The translations under genes were made by a program, and so were the position numbers. A stretch of 58,536 bases of DNA, the filler included, from Basidiobolus ranarum (Eukaryota), in NCBI GenBank assembly GCA_040143965.1. It is 2 parts of 2 records of this genome, joined end to end, with 100 filler letters (N's around TTAATTAATTAA, not from the genome) between each part and the next. Parts side by side here need not be neighbours in the genome. Positions count along the whole stretch, not along the records: positions 29,482 to 58,536 come from JASJQH010000107.1; 1 more part is not named here. One strand, written 5' to 3'. This document shows positions 36,434 to 47,895 of the stretch, piece after piece. Positions within the stretch are counted from its first letter, which is position 1. Every line of letters starts with the position of its first letter. The notes beneath the pieces were generated by a model. That model ran no database searches. It saw only the letters and a list, made by a program, of their open reading frames with translations, and was not told where the DNA came from.

Positions 36434-37725
36434 ATGGTCCAAATCCAATCCATTGCCTACGGTGTTGTCGTTGCTCTTTTTTTGGCTGTGCCAATAACTG
36501 AGGCAGAGCAACAATTTATTCCAAACCAATATATTGTGAAGTTCCGTAATAGCGCTGACATCAAAAAAGGTAATACTCATGCTATTCAACATTTCCTTTC
36601 TCCGTAACATTATCTAACCTGTATTTTCGTATGACAGTCGACAGCTTGGTTCAGGAGAAGGTTCAGACTTTTAACAGTGAGATGACTTCTAGCTTCGGAG
36701 TTGCAGGTGCCACTGGTGGTCACAAAAATTTTACGATCAGTAAAATCCTTCAAAAATATACCATGGGTCACTTTAATGCTTTGTCTGGCACATTCAGCAA
36801 AAATCTAGTGAAATCCCTCCGTAGTAACCCCGACGTCGAATATGTAGAGCAGGAGCAGGTATTCAGTGTGGTTGGAGTCCAAAAGAATTCGCCTAACTGG
36901 GGCCTTGCTAGAATCTCACAACGCCAACGCAATCCAAATGCTCCTTATAACTTCCCCAATTCTGCTGGACAAGGTGTTGATGTGTACATTATTGATACTG
37001 GAATTAATACCAGACATAAAGACTTTGGTGGTAGAGCCACTTTACCCGTTAGTTTCATCAATGGTGAGCCTGTTGAAGATCTTCATGGCCACGGTACTCA
37101 TGTGGCTGGTATTGTCGGTAGTAAAACTTACGGTGTTGCCAAGAAGGTCAAATTAATTGGTGTCAAAGTACTTGGAAGAGATGGACGCGGAAGTACTTCT
37201 GGAATCATTGCTGGTGTCAACTGGGTAACTCGTAAGGTCAAATCGACTGGACGTAAAAGTGTAATAAACATGTCACTTGGCGGTGGTAATAGTAACGCAC
37301 TGAATGCTGCTGTAGATGCTGCTGTACAGGCCGGTATTCCTGTCATTGTGGCAGCCGGCAATGAAAGTCAAGATGCCTGTAATGTATCCCCAGCTAATGG
37401 CCGTTCTGCATTTACCGTAGGTGCTACTGACAGCTACGATAACGCAGCTGATTATAGCAATTGGGGCCAATGTGTGAATATCCAGGCACCAGGCTCAAAC
37501 ATTGTATCTACCTACAAGGGAAGTCCCAATGCTCGAGGCAGTTTGTCAGGAACAAGTATGGCGAGTCCACATGTAGCTGGCATTGCTGCTCTTTATGTTA
37601 GCCAAGGTTCGGCCAAATCGCCACAAGCAGTTTACAAGTCATTGCTTAGTCGTGCCACTCGTAATGTAGTTAGCAGATTGAGAGGCAATAGTCCCAATCT
37701 TATGGTTTATTCTTTAACTAAATAA
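36434..37725 (+). CDS. Secreted subtilisin-like (proteinase K family, S8A) protease with I9 propeptide
   Basis: Signal peptide, NQYIVKF; intron 36570-36637; catalytic IDTG, HGTHVAG, GTSMASPHVAG; AAGN. Confidence 0.96.
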
Positions 37726-38408
37726 GTATCCATGTGTCTTGACCAAAAAGGTCTACTCCAATAAATCACTTGGTTCTCTATCCCTACTTTACCATGCGCA
37801 TATGGGTGTTTCATTCCCATTCGTAGCACTTCTTGCACATGATGGCATTAGATTACAAAAGTACATTTCCCTAGTATAGTAAATATCAATTGTTAGAGAG
37901 ATTTTATAATTTATGGAAGGAGCACTTCCCAGCCACTAACGTGCGTGGCAGACAATCTAAAAGCAGTAACAATAGTGAACCTGATGAGCAAAATGTGGCT
38001 CACGCGTTGACCATATCAAGAACATACCGGAATGAATTCTATTATTGGACCTTGTTAGATATGGCCCATTTTGGTTAGTGATCAGAAAAGGCGAGATGAG
38101 ATGAACTCAGGCTGCAAGGACAAGTGGATTCTAGTTAAAATAAACAGCCATTAAGTATATCCACAATTGCTGTTAAATTTCCGCCATTGGCGATGTAAGG
38201 TGCACATTTGTGTAATAGGGATAGTGTGATTGGAAAATCAAATGAAACTCTTATTCCGGATTCTTCCTAGAGTTTCTACTTGACTAATAAAAGCCAGCTC
38301 ATTACTTTTCTTATTTCATTTCATGATCTTGAATGCATTCTTTACTGTGACTATTTCAAATATAACTAAGCACTAATTTACCTCTCTCTTTCTCCATTTT
38401 CTTACTCA

Positions 38409-38867
38409 ATGACTGCTTCAGGTGGAGAGTTCTACGCCGCTTTTCGAGCCACTGAACTAGAAGTGAAAACCGATGAGGTGCCTCAATACACTGTTTCTTC
38501 AGTGGCTCAAGAACTTGCGTGTGGTGGTTGTTTTACCACGGAAGCTCAGAAAGGGATCCCAGTTGATCCTAATGTAGTTATTCCCATGACCACCTTTTCT
38601 TATCATGAGTATCCAACACTCAACGAACACCCTCATGTATTCTTCCCACTTTCAAGTCAGCAAACTGTGAAGGCCTCCAAAGTAACGATAGCTAGGCCAC
38701 ATAGAATAAGGTCCAAGATCTCACCCGAACTTGCTTTAGAAGGAAGTGTACTTGTAGATATAATCAACAATCGGAAACCAAACTCGAAGAGGGTTTTATC
38801 AGACAGAGAGCAGTTAAGGGTATTCGCGTTAGAGAATCGCCTGGCTAAACGGGTTGCCTCAATATAA
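38409..38867 (+). CDS. Hypothetical protein (152 aa)
   Basis: ATG-initiated ORF preceded by a pyrimidine-rich leader; no recognisable motif. Confidence 0.5.
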   Translation: MTASGGEFYAAFRATELEVKTDEVPQYTVSSVAQELACGGCFTTEAQKGIPVDPNVVIPMTTFSYHEYPTLNEHPHVFFPLSSQQTVKASKVTIARPHRIRSKISPELALEGSVLVDIINNRKPNSKRVLSDREQLRVFALENRLAKRVASI

Positions 38868-39260
38868 AATTTTTCCTTTCATGGTTGCTTCCTGGCATTA
38901 TGTACCTACACTGTTAGTTGAACTCCACCATTTCAAACCATACAACACGAGCTACTCTAAGGACTTGAAAAAAGTCGAGTATGTGCGTTTACCTCTTTGT
39001 AAATATAGATAACCCCGATAAACTTTCATTATTCCTTATGAATTAAACACCACCAACACTAACTTTAACAAGGAATATTAAATCGACTAACAATACTGTG
39101 AATAAAATTTACATTCATCACTTATTACTGGTCACAAAGTATGCGTAAAGAGACTGTTAGAATCCGAAAATCCATAACTATTTTCTCATTAAGAAATGAG
39201 CAACAATCAAGCGAATTCCCACAAATATGTTAGTGCCCGGTCGCATGGAATAAAAGGGCG

Positions 39261-39451
39261 ATCGATGAACAATGAATCCTTAGGAAGTTTGTTTAGTCAT
39301 ATTTGATTGAATCGACTCCAACTATCCGTATGTGCAAATATGGGGACAGCTAGTCAATAGTCACTCTCCTTCCATGGTACATTATAGTAATGTTGGGACA
39401 TCTGAAATTCGTGATTGAATATTTCGCACGAGTTATTATTGTTCACGACAA
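39261..39451 (+). ncRNA. Unidentified 191-nt structured RNA candidate, copy 1
   Basis: One of three near-identical copies; four predicted hairpins ending in ACA; upstream TCCCACAA (-44) and AATAAAA (-12). Confidence 0.55.
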
Positions 39452-39887
39452 TCCAAACAAATTATACACAACATGTAAATTGTCTATTTGGCTTTAAAGA
39501 CCGGAGTTCGATGGTGTGCTGAAGTTAAACCGTAAACTTCAACTCTAACACATACAATGAACTTGAAAGCAATCTATATCACTTTGTTAGAGTCAAACTA
39601 AAAAGAGCTTGATTTATTGGATCATCATACTAAAGGTATTGAACCTTTTGCTACACCCAAAATGGAATCAGAACTGACATGACTGAAAACTAAGGTACAA
39701 CAAATAGTAACCATTGATCACACTATTTATCACCATAGAGAACAAACAGTGATCGACATTTTTTTCCGTTCCAGAATATTATCTCAATTGATAAACTAAA
39801 TATTATTGATCCACCTAGGTTATTCTGAGGAAAATCACTAGAATTCCCATAATATTATTACGAGGAATTTTGATGAATAAAAAGCAA

Positions 39888-40078
39888 ATCGATGAATAGT
39901 GAATCCTTAGGAAGTTTGTTTAGTCATATTTGATTGAATCGACTCCAACTATCCGTATGTGCAAATTTGGGGACAACTAGTCAATAGTCACTCTCCTTCC
40001 ATGGTACATTATAGTAACGTTGGGACATCTGAAATTCGTGATTGAATATTTCGCTCGAGTTATTATTGTTCACGACAA
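39888..40078 (+). ncRNA. Unidentified 191-nt structured RNA candidate, copy 2
   Basis: Colinear with copy 1; upstream TCCCATAA (-43) and AATAAAA (-12). Confidence 0.55.
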
Positions 40079-40414
40079 CTCATTCATACTACATACATAT
40101 TACCAAATCATATGAAATAACCTGAAATCACAACATAAATGAAAATCTGACATTTGCTGAAAAAACATGGTATTGTTAAAGTACGTTAGTATTAGGGTTA
40201 GTGTAGAAAGTAAGATCTCATCTTCTGAATTAAACTGGAAACCCAGCAAAAATCATTGCTTCATGTTGGTTATGTTTTATAAATAATTCCATCATCATAG
40301 TGCAGTCATAACTACACATATTCATCGGAATATCTATATTTTAATTCAAATTATGAGGTAATTAAACCCATCCCACAAACCCATTGGCGACAGGTGCTAC
40401 GTAATAAAAACTCG

Positions 40415-40605
40415 ATCGATGAGTAGTGAATCCCTAGGAAGTTTGTTTAGTCATATTTGATTGAATCGACTCCAACTATCCATATGTGCAAATATGGGGA
40501 CAGCTAGTCAATAGTGAATCTCCTTCCATGGTACATTATAGAAACGTTGGGACATCTGAAATTCGTGACTGAATATTTTGCGCGAGTTATTATTGTCCAC
40601 GACAA
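40415..40605 (+). ncRNA. Unidentified 191-nt structured RNA candidate, copy 3
   Basis: Colinear with copy 1; upstream TCCCACAA (-44) and AATAAAA (-12). Confidence 0.55.
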
Positions 40606-41258
40606 CTCATAATTCATACTGTAAAACTAAACAATTGTAAGCCTAAAATTGTTGACTCTTGTCTAGTATATTGGCATATTTTTCGTTTATGGAGCCAATT
40701 TTAATGAATCAGAAAATAAGAATCTTACACGTCGCAACTGTGAACCGGCATTGATGTTTACATTAGGGACGGAAGAACATCATAAGCGACATTTAGGGTG
40801 AAGTAATCAGCGCTATCAATGGGGGTTAGGGTTAGGTAGCTCTAAATGTTATCTGAATAGAGTTTTATTATGTTTTCATTGTTGAAAAACCCCTATAGCA
40901 TTTAAACAAAATAATTAAGTCCTCAGTCTAACCATTTTGACATTGAGATTGAAACGTACGATGTTTGCATATGATAAGCATAACCTGGTAAAGCCGCAAC
41001 CCTAATAACATAAAAGAAATGGGTGGCTACTGATAAGGTCCAATAAGAATCTCTAACTGGGTGTAAATATTCAAGATTGTTATCATTCGTGTATATATAT
41101 ATAGTAATTGTATTGGAGTGCTGAGATATCCAATACGTGCAAGATCATATTGGTGACGCCAATTGTAGTGCATCAAGATTGGTAAAAATCCCATGATGAC
41201 CATTTAGCCCAGCTATCTTAAGAAAGTCAACTGTAACCCGACAAACGTCCGATTGATT

Positions 41259-44200
41259 ATGTACGTGCGGAATCGGAAGCAGTTTCAAGATCCCTTACTC
41301 GATTCTTCGAACGATTATTGGGAAGATGACAATGATAAGGCTGACAAAAAGCCTATCTCCCGTAAAAGACTTCACATATCCAATAGACAATGGTATATTA
41401 TTGCCGGTTTAACGGTATTTGCAGCGTTTGTACGTTTCTATAGACTCAATCATCCGGATTCTGTTGTGTAAGTGTCAACCATATGTTTCCAATCACCTTG
41501 ATGATACGTAGATAATAACTAAATACCTCTGTTTATTTGATTTTTGAACATAGATTTGATGAAGTACATTTTGGAGGCTTTGCCAGCAAGTACATACACG
41601 GTAGATTTTTCATGGATGTACATCCTCCCTTAGCCAAAATGTTGTTAGCTGCTGCTGGATGGTTTGGTGGCTTCGATGGAAATTTCGACTTCAGTGATAT
41701 CGGAAAGTAAGTCTTCGACTGTTTATTATTAAAGCTATCTTTCAAATTACATTATGTTTAATTACGTTCATTTATTAGAGATTACGTTGAGCCAAAAGTT
41801 CCGTATGTTGCCATGCGTTTACTACCAGCAATTATGGGCTGGCTTTTAGTGCCCATTTCTTATTTGACAGTTAAGCTATCGGGTCACTCTACACCAGCCG
41901 CCACTCTGAGTGCAATTTTGGTGACTTTCGGTTAGTGTGGGCCTCAATTTATCCTGGAGCGAGGTGCATGTATCTAATGATTTCCTTGTTTTGAACAGAT
42001 AACGCCTTGGTGACTCAATCTCGATTAATTCTGTTGGATTCTCCATTGTTGTTCTTTACTGCCCTAACCGCACTTGCATGGGTACAATTTCATAATCAAA
42101 GTGAAAAGTAACTATTCCATGTTTTCTCTGATTGAAATAGCAACCATTGATCCAGTGTAAATCTCTTTATTTGCTCTAGCCCATTCAGCTCTTCATGGTG
42201 GTTCTGGCTAACTGCCACTGGACTGTTCCTAGGGTTATCTGCCAGGTATGGGTTTCACCCAAGTATGGTCAGTAATGTCCAAACTCGCTAATCAACTTCA
42301 TTCTAGCGTAAAATGGGTCGGATTGTTTGTGATCGCTTTAATCGGACTTTCTACTGTAAAGCAACTATGGGAGTATGCTGTAGATCCCTCTGTTCCTCCG
42401 GTATGTTGTGTTTTTTTGAATTCCGATTTGTTTGTACTGCTCCTAATGGCAACCTTTTAGAGAGTATTCGTAAGACACTTTGTTGCTCGTTCGATCTCTT
42501 TGATCGCTGTTCCAGTGGCGGTTTACTTGGTGATGTTTCAAATCCACTTCTTCTGCTTAAGAAACAGCGGTGATGGGAATGGATTCATGTCCCCAGAATT
42601 CCAAAGCACCTTGAGTGGAGGGCAAATCGGGGATACTCCAGCTGGTAATGATTTTTGACACATGCTAATCTATGTGGGGCTGATACTGACCTGATACTGA
42701 CCTGATACTGTCATAGATATTGCTTATGGCTCCAAGATTTACATTCGCCATTTGAACACCAATGGAGGGTATCTTCACTCCCATGATCTCTTTTATCCCA
42801 GTGGCAGTCACCGTAAGTTTGAGGTTCGAAGTTAGTATTTCGTGTGCAGCAACTTATCCATGATTATAATCAGAGCAACAGATCACCTTATATCCACATC
42901 GCGACGAGAATAACTGGTGGGTCATCACCAAGATAGTGGATACCGAGGTTCCATACAATCAGACCGAGCTAGAATGGGTAAAGAATGGTGATACCGTTCG
43001 ACTACTTCATCCCTCCACTGGAAAGCGTCTTCACAGTCACGATGTCCGTGCTCCCATTACGGAAGCAGAGCACCACAACGAAGTCAGGTAAGAAGGAATC
43101 TACGCAAGCACTTTCAGATATGTTAAATTAATTTGCTCTATATTCCAGTGGATACGAGTGGGGCGACGTGAATGATAACTGGAGAGTAGAAATCATCGAG
43201 CACGACGATCGTGTACCAGAGTCTGCTGACAGACTTATGGCAATCTATAGTAGATTCAGACTCGTTCATATTGGACAAAACTGTCACTTATTTTCCCACG
43301 ATGTGAAATTACCCAAATGGGCTTCCAGTCAGCAGGAGGTTACCTGCATGAAGAGCGCTAAAGTTGAGAAAACCTTGTGGTTGATTGACACTAACCAGGA
43401 CGAAAGACGTAAGTATTCTACAAAGGACGGGTATAGGCTGATTTGCTCGATATTCATGCTTTTTCATGTTTGCTTCTAGTTCCGGAAGATGCCCCTAGGG
43501 TTAACTATCGTAAACCTGGATTTTTCAAAAAGTTCTGGGAACTTCAGAAGCGCATGTGGTCTATCAACAATGGTTTGACAGACTCCCATCCTTTTGACTC
43601 GAGACCTTCTGCTTGGCCACTTATCAATAGAGGAATTAGCTTCTGGTCCAAGGATTCTTCGCAAATATATCTCCTAGGAAACCCTATCATCTGGTGGTCA
43701 GCTGGAGGCGCCATTGCTTTCTATATCGTCGTTAACATGTTGCTGATACTTCGTCAAAAGAGGGGCTATGATGATAGTGCATATGGTAATGTTAATAACG
43801 ATTTCTTCACCAGAATGATCCAAGCTAATATATTTTCTTTAACTGTATAGATTATTTCAATCTTTATTTCGCATCAGGTGGATTTTTCTTCCTTGGCTGG
43901 CTTTTACATTATATCCCATTCTTCTTGATGGGAAGACAACTATTCTTACATCATTACCTACCAGCAATCTACTTTGGTATACTTTTGCTTGGAGTTACAT
44001 TTGATTTGTTTACCTCTCGTATGAACACCAAACTCCGCTGGATTGTACTTCTAGTTAGTTCGATTGTAGTGATTTACGTGTTCTTGTCATTCAGTCCTTT
44101 GGTGTATGGTACACCATGGACTAAACAGCAATGTCTGCAACACAGATGGAGAGCTAGATGGGACTTTGATTGCGATCGTATGGCTAACGACTCTCCATCC

Positions 44201-44551
44201 TCTCCACTGATCACTTTAGGTGAATCAATCGACCCTAAGCCAAGTATTACTAGTGAACTTGACGCACCCGTCAGTATATTACCGGTAAACGAAACCGAAC
44301 CCAAAGTATTTAATAGTGAAGAACTTGACGGACTAGTAAACGAAACTGAACCCAAAGTATTTAATAGTGAAGAACTGGACGGACTAGCAAACGAAGCTCA
44401 AGTCAAACTATCTAAGACTGAGGAACTCGACGCACTTGTCAGTATACTACCAGTAAATGAAGCAGAAACCCAAGAATCTAATACTGAAGTGGATGACCCA
44501 AACGCGATATTGAGCATTCTACCAGTAGACAATATTCAGCCTCACAACTGA
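41259..44551 (+). CDS. Dolichyl-phosphate-mannose protein O-mannosyltransferase (PMT1/PMT2 type)
   Basis: Multi-exon; [41 protein letters not shown] domains (GYLHSH, RLHSHD, LFSHD), [20 protein letters not shown]. Confidence 0.95.
44285..44386 (+). repeat. 51-bp coding tandem repeat ([17 protein letters not shown] x2) in the PMT C-terminal tail
   Basis: Units at 44285-44335 and 44336-44386; diverged copies on both sides. Confidence 0.9.
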
Positions 44552-44767
44552 ACAAGAGAGCTTCACAGCGATTTAGATTCGAATACTTAGTTTGATCTCG
44601 AATATATCTAAATCTTAAGAATTAACTAAAATTCCATGAAATAAAGTACACTTTTCTCAATGACGAATCAGTGGTTATTGAATGGTGGTGAAGATGCTAC
44701 TATAGGGATTTGACAATCAAGGATTCTATTTATTCATTAGAAAGTGAATAGATTGGAGATTACTAAA

Positions 44768-46627
44768 TTATTCTTTGATTGCTGAGAAAAAGGCGCAGTT
44801 ATAGGTATATCTCAACATGCAGTTAACATTGGCCGTGTATGCAGATTCCATCATAGATTCACGCTATTGTAAGCATAGAAGGTTAGAAGGAATAGACTCA
44901 TGATAGTAATACGGTAAGGGAGAGAGTCCCAATACTTACTTGGATGTTGAATCCAATCTTGGTAGCCAACTCCTTGACCTCCTCCAAAGTCAACTCAATC
45001 GACATCTCACCTGGGGTATTCTCAAAATGATACAAAAGTGGACCTACAGAAGAGCGAATAAGCATGGGAATGTCAAGGCAAGTGAATCTATCCAATTTAC
45101 CCAAATTAATCCAGACACCACCCTTCTTTAAAACACCATGAATAGTTTTCAAGTATTGGATCATATTTTTGGCGGTATCAATGAAAAAGCACGTTACAAT
45201 ACAATCCCAATTACCTGTTTATATGGAAGCAAGTAATTAGATTACAAGTATTAAGGATAAATTTAAAGTATTGGTTCCATACCAATATTATCACTTTCTG
45301 ATCCGTATACTTCCAGGAAGTCTCCTGCAACCATGGAAAAGTCGCAAGTGGATGGAAGTCCGGAAGGTAATACATCGGGAATGAGTACTTTCTGTAGGAT
45401 ATGTTCTTCTTTGATGGCATTCGACTGTGAATGAACAAATGGATAGATTTCGAACTGTTCAGTTTCTGTGGTTCTAAATTCAATGATAATATGAGAATCT
45501 GGGTCGAGTTGAAAGAGAGATAAGGATGAATGTCACCTATTTAAAATGAAGTTGGCTGCGAGAAGCTAAGAGATGAATCTTCATTAGTCTATCATTGTTA
45601 GAGTGTCTAAACTACTAGTTTCAACTCACCATATAGAATGAAAATTCATTTCCTGAAAAATTTGAAGATGATTAGATTATTATGTCGTTGTGTGTATGCA
45701 GACGCATATATGGATCAAATCTACCTTGACAGCTAAATCCTGAAATTGTAAAGTAGAAAGTTAACGTCAATGGTTTACCAACGATCATACATAGAATAGT
45801 ATTACCTTTTTTGCAGATATCATAAGCCAATCGACCTAAACCAGCACCAGGTACTAAGACGCGAAGTTTTCCTCTATCAAAACTGGTTAACGAGGGAAAG
45901 CTTACATGATATAAATTCAACATCAAAGGTACCTTTCTTCCACTGGAACGTCTCCATAGAACCTTTCAAGTTCCTCTAAAATAGGAGAGTATGCTGCTTC
46001 ACGTTCGTGTTTTCCCTAGTAGAAAATCTAGCTTAACCAAGGATAAAAGTAGAAATCCCTAGATGAAATAATGTGAATGTACCTTCTCACTCCAATCACG
46101 AACGAATTGTTTCAAAGTACTACGTACTTTATCCATGTCGAACTCTGAAACAGCGGGACGCTCTTTATTAGCTTTAATTTTAAGATGAGAAACCTCCTAA
46201 GTAAGAAAGAAAATAGAAGAAAGTCTGAGTAACATTCAAGGAAGAAATTTCTTTTAGCAGTATTCATATACGAAACCTGTTCTTCTTGCTCTACAAAAAT
46301 CTGGTGATCAGCAACGATGGCTTTTATGAAAGTGTAGTTGTCACTGATGGCTTGGTCAATTCGAGCCAAACGGTCCATATAATAGGGTATATATGCTTTG
46401 TGCTCCTCGGGAAGTGCCGCATAACTTTCTTTCTTTCTCTTATTAATTCCGTGGCTGTGAACTCGATAAGAGGCGAAAGTAGCAACTACTTTTCGGAAAT
46501 GATCTTGTTCCTCTTTTAAATGAACTTCCTCAGGCTCATCGTGGGCATGACCTTGCTCATGTCCATGAGCATGACCATGGCCATGATCGTGTCCGTGGTG
46601 TTCATTGTGCGCAGTGTGGTGATCCAT
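44768..46627 (-). CDS. Carnosine N-methyltransferase (N2227-like/CARNMT1)
   Basis: [61 protein letters not shown]; about 11 exons; His-rich N-terminus. Confidence 0.93.
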
Positions 46628-46980
46628 ATTTCAACGGACAGAGAAAATAAGTAATAAAACGTATTAACGTGAATCAAGTATGAGAGACACTAGCGTTATA
46701 ACTACAGGCAACGTTCAACTCAATCCAATCCTGTTCTGATCTAAGGAATTCCATATTTACCATTTACTGAAATAGGAAATAACAACACATCTGGTATATT
46801 CCATAACAATATATTTGTCTATTATGGTAGACTAGATACCCTCACAACCAACTCAACCTTCCTCTTACATTCCATAAACGTTTAGCATTGATTGGAGAAG
46901 AGCACATATATATCTATAGGATTTTATTTCAGATTGACAGACCAAACGAATACAATAAGGCCTACAAGTGTAGGCAAAAT

Positions 46981-47492
46981 TTACAAACGACGACCACGAC
47001 GACCACCCTTTCTACGGGTACTATCAGTGGGGATGGGTGTAACATCCTCAATACGACCGATTCTCATACCAGCTCTGGCAAGAGCACGGAGAGCTGATTG
47101 AGCACCAGGACCAGGGGTCTTGGGTCCGTTGCCACCAGTAGCACGGATCTTGATATGAAGAGCGGTGATACCAAGTTCCTTACAACGAACAGCAACATCT
47201 TGAGCAGCCAACATAGCAGCATAAGGTGAAGATTCATCACGATCGGCCTTAACCTTCATACCACCAGTGACACGGACCATGGTTTCACGACCAGTCAAAT
47301 CAGTAACATGGACGAAAGTATCGTTGAAGGAGGCGAAGATGTGAGCGACACCGAAGACAAGTTCACCCTCACGAACTTGAGGACCAAGGGAGATTGGTTC
47401 TTGGGTTTTTACTTTGGTGACTTTCTTGGACTAGAGAGGAATAGTTTAGATTGAGTTGTTGGTGGTTAGGGAATATGAACTTTACATACCAT
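46981..47492 (-). CDS. RPS14: 40S ribosomal protein S14 (uS11)
   Basis: First coding exon is ATG only (47490-47492), intron 47431-47489; [19 protein letters not shown]...[14 protein letters not shown]. Confidence 0.98.
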
Positions 47493-47895
47493 GTTGGTCG
47501 ATGGATGTCAATCCTGGCTATGGATGTAACGTAAGGTAAAGAGAAGGCGCTGAATCGATTTGCCATCCACTATTATTCGCTCCCACAAAACTTGCTTCGT
47601 ATTGGACTCGGAACCCATGGATTTGGTAGTGTGCATGTTAAATTTGCAGTAAAATCATCATAGTTAATTGGCTCATTAGTGGGGTTATATCGGAAATCAT
47701 CCATTGGAACTACAGATCTTGTGTAGAATTCCATCATGAATGCAAAATTATCGTGATTTGATTATCATGACTATGATTGGTCTATATCAGAGGATTGAAT
47801 CTATATACCAATTCTAGCAAATCTTGTCTAAAATTAGAAAGTGTGAACCATATCAAATATACCACCTTGGTGTAATTCTCTCGACTCTTTTTACC

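Noticed and set aside
39265-39306. 13-aa ORF MNNESLGSLFSHI in each repeat (and a 15-aa ORF on the minus strand)
   Set aside because: Conservation extends far beyond the ORFs, and many of their substitutions are non-synonymous
39318-39376. Minus strand resembles U6atac (AAGGAGAG...TAGC..TCCCC)
   Set aside because: Spacing is wrong, the AGC triad is mutated in copy 2, and G-U-compatible changes favour the plus strand
39261-40605. Repeat-spacer-repeat layout as a CRISPR array
   Set aside because: Repeats are 191 nt and spacers 336-436 nt, the context is eukaryotic, and there are no cas genes
41193-41256. Possible C/D snoRNA (ATGATGA followed by CCAGCTATC)
   Set aside because: Only about 9 nt of possible rRNA complementarity, no clean D/D' box or terminal stem, and it lies in the PMT 5' leader
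2581-42710. Short tandem duplications (2581-2607, 15154-15184, 20738-20761, 42681-42710)
   Set aside because: Ordinary slippage products with no shared sequence
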